Source: an uncultured virus (IMG/VR IMGVR_UViG_3300030044_000012) (Duplodnaviria; Heunggongvirae; Uroviricota; Caudoviricetes). Taken from it: a DNA stretch of 64,000 nt. Shown piece by piece: positions 51,219 to 61,705 of the stretch. A model generated the notes under the pieces. That model was not told the DNA's origin, made no database searches, and saw only the letters and a program-made list of their open reading frames with translations. The translations under genes and the position numbers were made by a program. Each line of letters begins with the position of its first letter. The stretch's first letter is position 1. The stretch is taken from the IMG/VR virus record IMGVR_UViG_3300030044_000012; one strand, 5' to 3'.

Positions 51219-51905
51219 ATGGCAGATGTAGAAACAACCATGACTCGCGAGGAACAAGTCACTCGGGATTTCGAGGACATGTTTACTCCAGCGGAGTTGC
51301 ACTCTGATTTAGCCTTATATCTGACCACGGGTGAGCCATTCTCCATGTTACGTCACCCACTGGTATTCGGGGTACCCTACTCCGAGGAGATGAACAACTT
51401 TTACAACAAACGGTATGCTTTGATGTCAGAGGAAATTGAAAAAGCCATCAACGAAGGAGCAATCCACCGCTACGTGTTTATGCACGAACGACCGTACAGG
51501 TTGGATGCCTTTGTTAAGTGTATTGCAAATCGGGTGGTGTCGGATACCGACTACTGGGAATTGCTAGGGTCGGCGTGGATTGACTCTGAAAACATCTGGC
51601 AGAACCAGACTATCTGGCGGCGTTTACTCAAGTCACCGCGTCCCCATAAACACACATTCATGGATGAAGACGACAGGAAGGCTTTCAAAGCGTTGCCGTC
51701 GCAACTCACAGTGTACCGTGGATGCAGACCCGGCCAAAATGAGGCTGGGATGTCGTGGACACTGGATAGAGATAAAGCAGTGTGGTTCTCCATCAGGTAC
51801 AAATCGAAGGGAACGAGCCCACACGTCCTCGAAAGAACTATCAGCAAGCGCAAAGCATTCGCCTACTTAGGTGGTCGCAACGAAAGTGAAATCATTATTC
51901 TTTGA
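51219..51905 (+). CDS. hypothetical protein, possible ADP-ribosyltransferase fold
   Basis: VYRG, SWT and ESEII give an R-S-E pattern. TTGACT-17-TAAATT lies 7 nt before the ATG. Confidence 0.6.
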   Translation: MADVETTMTREEQVTRDFEDMFTPAELHSDLALYLTTGEPFSMLRHPLVFGVPYSEEMNNFYNKRYALMSEEIEKAINEGAIHRYVFMHERPYRLDAFVKCIANRVVSDTDYWELLGSAWIDSENIWQNQTIWRRLLKSPRPHKHTFMDEDDRKAFKALPSQLTVYRGCRPGQNEAGMSWTLDRDKAVWFSIRYKSKGTSPHVLERTISKRKAFAYLGGRNESEIIIL

Positions 51906-53214
51906 TGGTACCGCTTAGTCGGAAGTCTGGAAGTTGAGCTATCAGCTTTGCAGCCGCCGTCAATGAAAAAGTCTTGGCCTTCCTTCGGTCGGCGGTAAAC
52001 TTCATCTTCTCCACTTTAATTCCGACGTACTCTACCCCGGAGATGAAGGTGGCAGAACTCCGCTTGTGAGCGCTGGCATTTACTTGAATGACGCACTTCT
52101 TCGATGCAGCCTTGGCGTCAGCATCGAAGTAGGAGCGAAGCAAGTCCTGAATTCTCTTCAGGTATTCCTCCTGCGTAGCCTCCATGGTTTCGTTTTCGAT
52201 GTGATCGAGAGCCGCCCAAAAATGGTTAGCTTCATCCCCCTGTAGGGGCTTGGTAGCGTTAGCTGGAGAAATGAGAACAACCCCATTATTACTGTTGGCC
52301 TCGTAATCATACTTACGTTCCGCCTGAGGATCAAAATCAAAAGCCAATTTAGGTAGCCTCTTGTCGAGTAGTTTACTTTTCTTATGGGAAGTAATACCCA
52401 TCTCTCGCAAGGTATTTTGGTCGTTCTCATTGAATTCTCGGTCGTGATGAATTGATTGACGATCCATCTCGGGCAGGTTACTTAAAGTGTCCCACAAAAC
52501 CTCAGGGTCAGTGTCCTGAATGACCACTTCACCATTTAACTTGATAACATAGTAGGACTCACCCGACTCATGTAAAGTAACTTGAGCATCGGGGAGGTTG
52601 GGGTTTATATAAAGAGAGTCTTCCCATGGGGTTTCGGTGGATTGGTCAACCACATACCCCTTCTTCTGGAGGATGTCTTCCCATTGTTCTTCAACATAGA
52701 GAGCCGTCTTTGCACTGCCAGTGATGCCAATGCCCTTCATAAACTCTTTATCCTCATCTGTGGGGGTAAACTCTTCACGCGGAGGGACTGCATCCCCTGT
52801 TTCCGTACCGCCCTGATAGATATAGCCATCATCACCGACGTACAGGTTAGCTTCTCCAAACTTCTTCGCGGCCAGTGTAAGCGTCTTACCGTTCTCCGGC
52901 CAGTCACCATCCCAGAACCCGGCACCATGGCCGTTACGGGTCAACCAGAAGTCATGTCCACCCTGAATGCTACTCTTCTCCTGAAGGGCTTCAGCATTTT
53001 GCTGCTGAAACTGTTGGCAGTCACTAACCATAGCATTGAGGCTGGAAGGGGCAATATCCTCGATGTCGTATTCACGTTCTAATGGGATACCTTCATCTTG
53101 AGTGGATGTAAAAAGGGCGGTTTCTATATAAGAACGAGTGAAATCATCCAGAGCACTGACGGCTGCTGAAATAAACAACCAATCAGCCCTTTTTAACCAA
53201 TTAGCCTTTTTCAT
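51895..53214 (-). CDS. hypothetical multidomain acidic protein
   Basis: GHDFWLTRNGHGAGFWDGDW motif and a repeated linker EF...D...L/M..[IM]GIT. Confidence 0.7.
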   Translation of the reverse strand: MKKANWLKRADWLFISAAVSALDDFTRSYIETALFTSTQDEGIPLEREYDIEDIAPSSLNAMVSDCQQFQQQNAEALQEKSSIQGGHDFWLTRNGHGAGFWDGDWPENGKTLTLAAKKFGEANLYVGDDGYIYQGGTETGDAVPPREEFTPTDEDKEFMKGIGITGSAKTALYVEEQWEDILQKKGYVVDQSTETPWEDSLYINPNLPDAQVTLHESGESYYVIKLNGEVVIQDTDPEVLWDTLSNLPEMDRQSIHHDREFNENDQNTLREMGITSHKKSKLLDKRLPKLAFDFDPQAERKYDYEANSNNGVVLISPANATKPLQGDEANHFWAALDHIENETMEATQEEYLKRIQDLLRSYFDADAKAASKKCVIQVNASAHKRSSATFISGVEYVGIKVEKMKFTADRRKAKTFSLTAAAKLIAQLPDFRLSGTIKE

Positions 53215-53610
53215 TAGTGGGGAACTCCCTTTAGGAAATACTGACTCTAATAGGGAGTTCCGAAAATGGTTTGTTAGCGGTTAACATCCTTGACTAAGTA
53301 ACTGTCAACAACGTGTCAACAACGTAGTAACATCTCTTCTTCTCATCCCACTTAAACGACAGATTTACCGTTTGCAGAGAGATAAAGGGCTGGGGGGAGT
53401 CTTCACATAAGGTGTAGTCAACTATTTGACCATCGTCGGAATACACGACCTCCACATAAGGTCTGTCGTCAACCCCTTTAGCCCAGTCATGAGTTCGAAT
53501 CGGCCCGACGCCCGACAGTGGGTGCGCCGTGGGCGCTGGGTGGCTGCAAGCCGTCAGGAAAAGCAGAGACATTGCTAAAATGAAGATAGATTTAAAGTTC
53601 ATTCTTGGCC

Positions 53611-54210
53611 TCACTCACCCTCAAACCATTTCATGAACGGCTTGTTTGCCAACGCGAAGTTGGTCATAAATTCTCCAAGGTGGTATACGCCCGGATGATC
53701 GTCTGCGGTTGGATTTTCTGAGTTCCACCATGTATCCCCACCATGAAGACAGTCTCCAGCGTGGAATATCTCGTGCATTAGCGAATTCCTTAGCGCCTGA
53801 CCGCTTTGGTGGTCGATGTAGGTAATTGTCTTATTCCGGCAGAACGTCTTCGCTAGTGAGTCGGATGGCTTATCCTTTTGATCCTTACCTATATCCTCCG
53901 CGAACATCTTCACTTTGACGATATCCCATTGTTCACCGTTTACGTTTATTTCGGTGGGAACGCCATCTTCTGTGACTGCTGAGTGTGTGACATATGTTTC
54001 TCCGCTCGTGGTGAACGCCGCCCATGTGGGCCAGTTCCTAGCTTTAGCGTCCTCCCTTTGCTTATATGCGAAATAAATATTCGATACGACCAAAGCAGCA
54101 AAACAACCGACTGCGACGATAGTAATCCCCAGCAGGAGACGCTTTTTCCGACGTTGGCGGATACGCGATAGAACAGTTTCGTTAAATCCTTTTCTTATCT
54201 TAAATTTCAT
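53611..54210 (-). CDS. membrane-anchored HExxH protein
   Basis: N-terminal TM segment and LMHEIFHA. Confidence 0.6.
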   Translation of the reverse strand: MKFKIRKGFNETVLSRIRQRRKKRLLLGITIVAVGCFAALVVSNIYFAYKQREDAKARNWPTWAAFTTSGETYVTHSAVTEDGVPTEINVNGEQWDIVKVKMFAEDIGKDQKDKPSDSLAKTFCRNKTITYIDHQSGQALRNSLMHEIFHAGDCLHGGDTWWNSENPTADDHPGVYHLGEFMTNFALANKPFMKWFEGE

Positions 54211-54583
54211 TCTTGGCCTCAATTTTAGGTGGGAACGTCCCGAGAATAGCGCCCAGCATTATCTGCTGACGGAGGGACTCACCCTTCATGAGCAAGTCCA
54301 CATTGTCAGAGTTACGCTTCCTCTCCGCTTTCAACTCTAACTCCAACTGCAAGACACGCTTGCGGAGCCAGTGGTTGTCTTCATTCAGGGTCAGGTAATC
54401 CATCATCGTCCTCTTTATTAAGTGCTTCAGGATCAGGAAGAGTATACTGAGTCAGTTTCTTCCAATGTGCCACCACAGCCGGGTGGGCACCACCATCGGT
54501 TTCAGCTTCAGCCAACTTCTTCATCGCTTCATCCCTAAGCCAAGTTCCAATACTTCTACTTCAATGTTAGTTTGCACGAGCCC

Positions 54584-55834
54584 TCACTTTCCTTTCGAAA
54601 GCAAATCGAACGACACCAGCTTCAGCTTCACCCGACCAAGAGCGCGGTCGTGCCGCTCAACCACCGGGCACACTACAATACCTTCCTTCATGTGGTTGGC
54701 GAAGGTAGAATTTCCGAGGCTGAGTTCCTTTAACTTCTCTGCGTCCCACGGTCCTCGGTAAATTACCGGAGCCCGGTACTGTTCCGGGAGGATGGCTTCA
54801 AGTTCCAAGTAATCAGCGAACCTATCAACTTTCAGCACATCGAAAATGCGGATGTGGTTAGGCTGATTCGGCTTCACGCCGTACTTCAGCTTCTGCACGT
54901 TGCCAAATGTCTCACCGTAAACAATCCAGTCTGGGTGCTCCTGACAAAACTTCGCCAGCCATGGGTGAGCACGGAACGCCCTCCACCACAGGTTGGCAGG
55001 AGAATCCAACCAGAACGCTTCCCTGCTACCGCAGAACTGCCGGTATTCACCTGTAACCCTGTCCTTGGCATAGACGAAGCGGCTGTTGGCACCATCAAGC
55101 TTCTCGGTCGCCACAACCTCTTCACCCGGCAAGAACACGTTAGGCCAGTTGTAGTAGTTTTCCACGTCGTACTCATGGAGCCACGGTAGGTCAGGACCGA
55201 TTTCACGCTCCCCTTCGGAACCTGCCGGGAGGGTTGGCTCGTAACGCTTCAGAGACATAGTGTCCCACACGTCGTCACCAACCTCGGCGGTCAAAAGGCA
55301 AGGCAGTTCGCGAAGTTCGTCGGTCGTTTCAAGGACGCTCTCAAGTCCGTTAATGTGGACGTTCTTACCGTTATCGCTGGTCATAAGAATCCAGCCCTTT
55401 TTGCACAGAGGGCACTCGGTGGTAGGCCAGAGCATACCGAACGACTGTACCCCCCTTAGACGACGAGCAGTGATACGTAGATTCTTGGTGTTGGCCTTTT
55501 CGCCGTCTTCGATGTGCTGGAGGCGAATGTTGTATTCATCTCTAATCGAAGAGGGAACGCCAACATTTCCCGGTATTCCGATGGGGTGAGTGAACTCCTT
55601 GGCTAGTTCGGCACGAGCGGAGTTGTTCCGCTTCAGAAAAGCGAAGTCTTCGGTATCTGGAACTACCGTATCAGGCTGAATGTAGACGGCCTTGGTGACG
55701 CCCTGCCAGTCTTCAGTGGCTACAACGCACGTGTAGGCATTCACACGGACAATCGAGAGACGAGTCGTCTCCGGGTCGGGGTGAGGTTCTAGTACAACGG
55801 GTACTACGTATGCATGGTGGTTACTGTCTGCCAT
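54584..55834 (-). CDS. RNA ligase, DRB0094/Rnl5-like
   Basis: N-terminal OB-like domain (PHP...RL, LRGVQS.G), TEKLDGAN, YGE.FG, FDV, EGIVV and KLK. Confidence 0.85.
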   Translation of the reverse strand: MADSNHHAYVVPVVLEPHPDPETTRLSIVRVNAYTCVVATEDWQGVTKAVYIQPDTVVPDTEDFAFLKRNNSARAELAKEFTHPIGIPGNVGVPSSIRDEYNIRLQHIEDGEKANTKNLRITARRLRGVQSFGMLWPTTECPLCKKGWILMTSDNGKNVHINGLESVLETTDELRELPCLLTAEVGDDVWDTMSLKRYEPTLPAGSEGEREIGPDLPWLHEYDVENYYNWPNVFLPGEEVVATEKLDGANSRFVYAKDRVTGEYRQFCGSREAFWLDSPANLWWRAFRAHPWLAKFCQEHPDWIVYGETFGNVQKLKYGVKPNQPNHIRIFDVLKVDRFADYLELEAILPEQYRAPVIYRGPWDAEKLKELSLGNSTFANHMKEGIVVCPVVERHDRALGRVKLKLVSFDLLSKGK

Positions 55835-56410
55835 GTGTCCCTTTCATCCAACAATAACACCCCCCCACATCGAGGTGTGGGGTTATCGCGGTTATGATTT
55901 CATCCAATAGGTCTGAAGTGTTTTTACGCAGGTAGTCAGGAGCAAACCCATGGTACCTTTCCAAAATAGGCTGTAACTTGTCTCTGACGGCCTGTTGCTG
56001 CTCTTCTCGTCTGGACTTACCGGGGTCAGCCCAATACTGTCGTTGACGTTCAACCTCAGCGACCTTGGTCTGGTCACACACATGGTCAACATCGCGGTTT
56101 AACCACTCATCACAGGCTGCACAATAGGCTGGCCTGAATAATTCAGGACGATGTATGCGCTGGAGTTCTTCCAACCTCTGGCGGTCAACTGGCATGGCCG
56201 TCCCCAAACACATCCCGAATATAGGAGCAATCCAAGTCAACTTGGGTATCAGTGCCAACACATTTGGAGGCTACGGTTAATATTCTTCGAGCCGCTTCGC
56301 TCTCGTTGCGACCATGTTTCTGCTTCAGGTACTTGCAAGCGGAAAATAGTGAAGTTTTGATTTCCTCGATTTGCACGAGTCCCATCTCTAGTACCTCGAA
56401 CTCAAGTGTA

Positions 56411-57631
56411 CTACAGTACATCCAATTCGTCATCATCCAATTCAATAAAATGAGTGTGTTTTTCCTCAGGCGAGGTCGGTTCAACTGCCGGTGGGGCGAC
56501 CTTAGCCATGCACCCCGCTGGGACGGGGCTATTCAACGACCACTGACTGCCGCGCCCAAGGCCGATGGAAACAACCCCGAGACGAGCCTTCGCCCGTTTG
56601 AGTGCGTCTTTTGATATCCCTTGTGCATGGGCTTCCTTAAGAAGATCACTAAGAGCCTTCGTTTTACTATCTAAAGCCACTTTCAAAAAGGCTTCTGCCG
56701 ATGATCGTGCTTGTATCCACATGTCTTTAGCCGATGTTAAATCAAGAGAGGCACCGCCCTCTTTTTGCCCTTTCCTATTCAAAAAGTTAATCTCAGCTTT
56801 CAATTCACTCAGAGCACTGATCCCTTGGTCCTTAGAAAGAAACCCCTCTTCTATAGTTGTTTTTACCATGAACAAGGCAGAGATTAAATCCGCCTGACGC
56901 TTCTTAATTAAGAGGTGAGGAGAAATACGCTTTACAACTTCGATTGCAGCATAACCATTCCAATTAAGCACATAGGACGCTCCCTGTTTTTCAGTGGACT
57001 CACGAGCGCAATTCACGCGGCCATTAGGAAAATGGGTCATTAGTTTTTGTAGTAGCTTTGATGAATTATTGTACACACGGATAGTTGGATAAAACCCCTT
57101 GGTTTCGCTCCCAACTATGGATATAGTCCCCTCTCCATCTATAATTCCGGCGAGGTATTTATCATCAACATGGATGGAGTCTGGAGTCAACCCCATTGAG
57201 TTTAACCACTCAATTTCTTTGTGAGACAGAGGGCATGGGGATTCCATATCGGGGTACCAAAACCCACGATGGTCTTCTAGGTTGTTTAAAGATTTGGGTC
57301 GTGAACCCATCCAAATCCAAATAGAGGTCTGAAGAGCATTCAGGAGGTTCCAAAGTGCCTGAGAAAGATGGGGTTCACTTCGATCCCCGGCTTTATATCG
57401 AGACAGATGTCGCAAAGCACTATCAAGGAGGTCTTCAAGAGGCATACCGAACTCCCAGTTACGCCACCCTCGTCCAAGGTTTCCCTCTTCATAAACATGC
57501 GAAAGCAGGTCTATAGCATCTGAAGGGAGCCATTTTTGTGCTCCCTTCCCTCGGCGATAATCTCTTTTAGCTCCAGTACCATAGTCCGTTTCTTGGTCAG
57601 AAGCTTTTTTGAAGTTCACATCATTATCCAT
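56411..57631 (-). CDS. dATP/dGTP diphosphohydrolase-N (DUF5664-like) fused to a LAGLIDADG endonuclease
   Basis: TGAKRD...GKG, RNWE.G.P...DSALRHL...G...E.HL..A.WN, then YLAGIIDGEGTI. Confidence 0.75.
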   Translation of the reverse strand: MDNDVNFKKASDQETDYGTGAKRDYRRGKGAQKWLPSDAIDLLSHVYEEGNLGRGWRNWEFGMPLEDLLDSALRHLSRYKAGDRSEPHLSQALWNLLNALQTSIWIWMGSRPKSLNNLEDHRGFWYPDMESPCPLSHKEIEWLNSMGLTPDSIHVDDKYLAGIIDGEGTISIVGSETKGFYPTIRVYNNSSKLLQKLMTHFPNGRVNCARESTEKQGASYVLNWNGYAAIEVVKRISPHLLIKKRQADLISALFMVKTTIEEGFLSKDQGISALSELKAEINFLNRKGQKEGGASLDLTSAKDMWIQARSSAEAFLKVALDSKTKALSDLLKEAHAQGISKDALKRAKARLGVVSIGLGRGSQWSLNSPVPAGCMAKVAPPAVEPTSPEEKHTHFIELDDDELDVL

Positions 57632-57934
57632 ATACCCCTTAAATACCCTCTTCAGGGATATTCATGGCAAAATGTTCCCATGGTTTCTTGAGATTCTTTC
57701 GAGCCTTCTTGCTCTTGACCTCCTTGTAGATGCGCTCAGCTTGCACACGCGACGACCAAGCTGGGCCGTCATGGCTCCTCATCATGAGTTCAACGAGGAT
57801 GGCTTCGATGGCGAGGACTTTAGCGAGAGTTTTCTTTTTCATTGACAGACCTGCCGTTTCATCTCCAACAACGTTGGAGCAATGCGAGGAACATCACTCG
57901 GTGCCACAAGCTTGGCCTCAAATGCGTTCCGCAT

Positions 57935-58546
57935 TTACTTGTCGCCGTGCCAGCCTTCAACCATGAGGTCAGGTAGCTTGTATGGAAAGACCGCAATGTC
58001 TTCTTCCTGATAGGTCACATCTGGCTTGCCCGTCTTGGGGTCTTTGCAGAGATTCCATGTACCCTTCGCGTCGTCTGGAATGAATAGCCCATTAGGCTCC
58101 GGCTGGGGCACAACAGCGTGGTCTCCCCACACCCTGTTGCCTTGGTCGTCTTGGTAGTATTGACCGCTGCCAGAATAGACTGCTCCCGTTCTCGTGGTTA
58201 GAAATTCGTAATGCACGGGGTTGTTGGCGCGGGTGTTGTATGGCAGACCATAGCCGACCGACTCACACACGAAGGTGTACTTTCCATCCATGTTCTTCGT
58301 GTAAGTCCACGTCGCCAAATCCGGCGTGTCCCGCTTTTCTTGGATGAGTTTCGCCATCCGCTTCTCATTCCAGTTCACGATGGACGGCGGTGGTACTTGT
58401 GCATCACCCTCAGCCTGTTGCTGCTCTTGCTGCTGAGCAATCTTTGAGTCGTTGCTCTGGTGCGTTGTGTAGTTGCACCCCACCAAGACAGGCACGAGGG
58501 CAAACATCAACACGAAAGCAAACGTCATAACTGTTTTGCGAATCAT
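57935..58546 (-). CDS. lipoprotein
   Basis: Signal peptide with LVGC lipobox and an S.GYGLPY...EPNGLF motif. Confidence 0.7.
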   Translation of the reverse strand: MIRKTVMTFAFVLMFALVPVLVGCNYTTHQSNDSKIAQQQEQQQAEGDAQVPPPSIVNWNEKRMAKLIQEKRDTPDLATWTYTKNMDGKYTFVCESVGYGLPYNTRANNPVHYEFLTTRTGAVYSGSGQYYQDDQGNRVWGDHAVVPQPEPNGLFIPDDAKGTWNLCKDPKTGKPDVTYQEEDIAVFPYKLPDLMVEGWHGDK

Positions 58547-58578
58547 AATCTTTCTCCTGAGTGAAAGGTTGGTAAGAG

Positions 58579-58950
58579 CTACCGTCGTGCGGTCGCCAAA
58601 CACGAACGCAGGTAATCCGGCACATCGTCTGTGCTCCACTCCGCGAACTCATGGTTGATGACATCGTAAATCATGGGTTTGTGGTCGTCATCCGTCGTGG
58701 AGACCTGAGAGCAGAGGGTATTCAGCCGTTGAATTGAGCCCTGCTTGTAGGACTTAGTCTGCTCGTATACCTGCCGACGAACAGCCTCCTGCTTTGGTGC
58801 CCAAAATTTGTAGCTGATGAAGTTGAAGGAGTCAGAGAGGAGAGTGAAGCCAAAACCCACCACAGTCAACACGAGCAGGGCGACAATGCCACGCATCAGC
58901 GTCCAGTATCCCTCACGTTCTACCGTCCTGAAATCGTCACGATAGGTCAT
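58579..58950 (-). CDS. membrane protein
   Basis: One TM segment and a P..EAVRRQVYEQTKSY motif. Confidence 0.7.
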   Translation of the reverse strand: MTYRDDFRTVEREGYWTLMRGIVALLVLTVVGFGFTLLSDSFNFISYKFWAPKQEAVRRQVYEQTKSYKQGSIQRLNTLCSQVSTTDDDHKPMIYDVINHEFAEWSTDDVPDYLRSCLATARR

Positions 58951-59007
58951 AGATTATTCCTTTGATTTTTGAGGGGCTTTTAACCCCTCAAGGGTTGTGA
59001 GTTGCAG

Positions 59008-59664
59008 TTACAGCGAAGCCAGAAGGTCGGTTGCGGCTGCGCTCTGAAGTGGGTCGGCCAGCGGCTTGAACCCTGCCGCCGTGCGGTCGAATTCGGCTTG
59101 AGCAGTGACGTTGCGCTCGTGGATGCGATTGGCGATGTTGTCCACGTTCGGACCATCCACCGATGTGGTGAGGTCCGCAGCCAGCTTCAACCCGGCGTTG
59201 GCCGCTTCCAGCGTGTGGGCCGACTGTGCTTCTGCTTCGAGGCTGTGAAGGTTGCTCATGAGGGCATCGTGACGAGCCGTCACTGCCGCCGCCGCTTCGT
59301 TCATGTGTTGGGCGTTCGTCTTGGCATTCGTAAGCTGCTGGGTGGCCGAATCCAAATGTGCCTTGGCGTCAACAACCTTCTGAGCGTATGCGGTCGCCGT
59401 GGGGATGTCTCCGGTCGCCTTTGCAGCCTTGGCTTCGGCGGTGTTGTGGTCAATTTCCAGTTGAATGGAAGCAAGCTGATTGACCAAGATGGTCACACTT
59501 GCATCGGCTGCTGCGGCAAAATGGTTAACTTCGCTCTGCTTGACTTCGAGTTCGCGGAGTTCCTGCTTGACAACCGGAATGGATTGATGGTCAATGGCCT
59601 TGTCAACCGCCTCGTTGGCACCGGCGCTGACCAGCGTGGTCAGTTTGTGAAAGAAGCTGCTCAT
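59008..59664 (-). CDS. PspA/IM30-family coiled-coil protein
   Basis: Amphipathic N-terminus MSSFFHKL and an Ala-rich coiled coil of 218 aa. Confidence 0.7.
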   Translation of the reverse strand: MSSFFHKLTTLVSAGANEAVDKAIDHQSIPVVKQELRELEVKQSEVNHFAAAADASVTILVNQLASIQLEIDHNTAEAKAAKATGDIPTATAYAQKVVDAKAHLDSATQQLTNAKTNAQHMNEAAAAVTARHDALMSNLHSLEAEAQSAHTLEAANAGLKLAADLTTSVDGPNVDNIANRIHERNVTAQAEFDRTAAGFKPLADPLQSAAATDLLASL

Positions 59665-59720
59665 AGATTTCTCCTGTGACTTTGGTTGAGGTTGAGGGGC
59701 GGTGACCCGCCCCAGCCTAG

Positions 59721-61094
59721 TTAAAAGTCGGTACCGCCGCTGTCGCCGCCCGAGTAGTCGCTTCCACCGCTGTTATCGCTGCTGTCATCGAAGCTGACGG
59801 AACCACTGTCTCCACCGCTGTTATCGCTGCTGTCATCGAAGCTGACGGAACCACTTCCACGGGCGTCATCGTCATTGCGCGAAGGAGCCTCGTAACGAGG
59901 GGCTTGATACTCAGGCTCACGATACCGTTCGTTGTTGCTGGCAATCGCTTCGCCGAGGAGTACGCCGGTCAGCATGTCATTACCGTTGTCGTACCGGGTG
60001 TTGTCCACATAAGTGGTGGTGTGGTGAACTTCACGAACCACGGTCTGCGGATGTGAAGAGTAGTAGTCCGGGTGGCTCTGGTTAGGGCTGTATGACGGAG
60101 CCGAAGGGGCGACAGGAGCCTGAGGAGCAAACGGAGCCGCAGATGCTGCCGCTGCATAAGCGCGAGGGGGTTCCGGGTCGCGGGGAGTCTCCACATGAAT
60201 AGCTGAACGAATCTCATTGGAGAGACTATCCCATTCACGCGCCATGACAGTGTACTGACCCGCTGACAGGCCAGTCGTATTCGGGTCATAGCTGACTGAG
60301 TTCGTCAGAGTCTGATATTCCCCTGACAACTCAAGGTAAAGGGGATTGTCAGCCGGTAGCGACCGAAACAACCTTGTCGTCGCCTGAAGAGCAGCCTGAG
60401 CACTCTGCCGGGCGCTATCAGCCGTCGAACGGTCTTCATTGCGCTTGCTGAAGATGCGATACAGAACATACGCAACAATCGCGAGGAAGAGTAGGAAGAA
60501 GAACCACTTGAATATGGACGCAGTGGACTCCGCCGACTTCTTCTTGGCCTCAGCTTGAATGGCTGCGGTTCTCGGGTCTACCGCCTGATTGATGACAGTA
60601 CGTTGGACTGGATGCATGGCTTGGTCGTTGTAAGACGCGATAGCCCCGGCATAGTTCTTGAACGTCGCACCAACACCTTCGCCGAACTGCTTCGACTTGA
60701 AGAAAGGTACAGCCGTCTTCGCCAAGATGTTGGCTGCTCTTCCTTTACCCAGCGCACCGTCATAGGCACCACCATAGAAAGACTCGACAGCTTGAGGCGC
60801 AATGACGATGACCAGCAGGTTCGCATTGCGACTACCATTAGCCGTTGCCCAGTTGCGGCAATTGTGCAGATAGGAGTTCAACACACCCCCTGCATTCCCG
60901 CCGTAGTTCGCCAGATTGGCGACGGTGATGACGTGGGGGTCAACTCCTTGGCTGGAGAGAGCCGAAGCTCCCTGTGTGACTGCCGCCGTGTTAGAAATCC
61001 TTCCGGCTTCGTCGCTGATGATGCCGCAGCTTTGGGAGTGTGCCAAAGACGCGAACAACACAAATACACTGAAAATCGAAAATATGTGTTTCAT
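59721..61094 (-). CDS. TPM-domain membrane protein with Gly/Ser/Asp tail
   Basis: Signal peptide, I.DEAG.I, P.FK..QF..G, TM segment and low-complexity tail. Confidence 0.75.
   Translation of the reverse strand: MKHIFSIFSVFVLFASLAHSQSCGIISDEAGRISNTAAVTQGASALSSQGVDPHVITVANLANYGGNAGGVLNSYLHNCRNWATANGSRNANLLVIVIAPQAVESFYGGAYDGALGKGRAANILAKTAVPFFKSKQFGEGVGATFKNYAGAIASYNDQAMHPVQRTVINQAVDPRTAAIQAEAKKKSAESTASIFKWFFFLLFLAIVAYVLYRIFSKRNEDRSTADSARQSAQAALQATTRLFRSLPADNPLYLELSGEYQTLTNSVSYDPNTTGLSAGQYTVMAREWDSLSNEIRSAIHVETPRDPEPPRAYAAAASAAPFAPQAPVAPSAPSYSPNQSHPDYYSSHPQTVVREVHHTTTYVDNTRYDNGNDMLTGVLLGEAIASNNERYREPEYQAPRYEAPSRNDDDARGSGSVSFDDSSDNSGGDSGSVSFDDSSDNSGGSDYSGGDSGGTDF
59763..59855. repeat. 45-bp direct repeat x2 (period 48), in frame
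   Basis: Encodes SGSVSFDDSSDNSGG twice. Confidence 0.9.
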
Positions 61095-61123
61095 ACCTAA
61101 ATCCTTTCAAACCTTGTTATTTG

Positions 61124-61705
61124 TTAGCACGAGCATGAGAAGTAGGTTGGGGGTTGGAAGAACCTCTTGCCTGTGACAATTTCGACGTGTGTCCAAAACT
61201 CGGGTGGAATCTCTCCGTGGGCATCGCTGCCATTGAAGTGAATGTACTCACCGTCGATGTAACTACTGCCATACCTGCCCTTGGTGATGACCTCCATCAC
61301 GTCGTCGTATCCGGGGCAGTCAGCATTGGCACAGAAATCCCGCAACCATGCTTCAGATGCTGCCTTGCTGCTCGGGCTGATTGTTGCAACCTCCGCCTCA
61401 GGAAAGTCCGGGTGTGACCACACGTGACGGAGTGAGGTAATCTGGCGAGGATACACGACCAACCAGAACCACGAGCCCTTGAGAACCTTGTTGTTCAAAA
61501 AGGGGTCCACAATACCCAGCGGCTTTTTGACCACCCCTGCTTTCCCGTCTATCAAACCAACGTGCTGGCCGGGGTAAAGGTCGATGGCCGCTTGTACCGG
61601 CTCCACCGCCAAGTGAATGGCATCGCGGCCTTGTCCGGGCTGGATGATAGTACCCAATGTTTCGAGTGCGTCGGTCGATACCGAACGCTTGTCTCCGTTG
61701 CTCAT
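61124..61705 (-). CDS. conserved phage protein
   Basis: RDAIHLAV, GIVDPFL, P..ITSLRHVW.HP and a terminal FSCSC. Confidence 0.75.
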   Translation of the reverse strand: MSNGDKRSVSTDALETLGTIIQPGQGRDAIHLAVEPVQAAIDLYPGQHVGLIDGKAGVVKKPLGIVDPFLNNKVLKGSWFWLVVYPRQITSLRHVWSHPDFPEAEVATISPSSKAASEAWLRDFCANADCPGYDDVMEVITKGRYGSSYIDGEYIHFNGSDAHGEIPPEFWTHVEIVTGKRFFQPPTYFSCSC

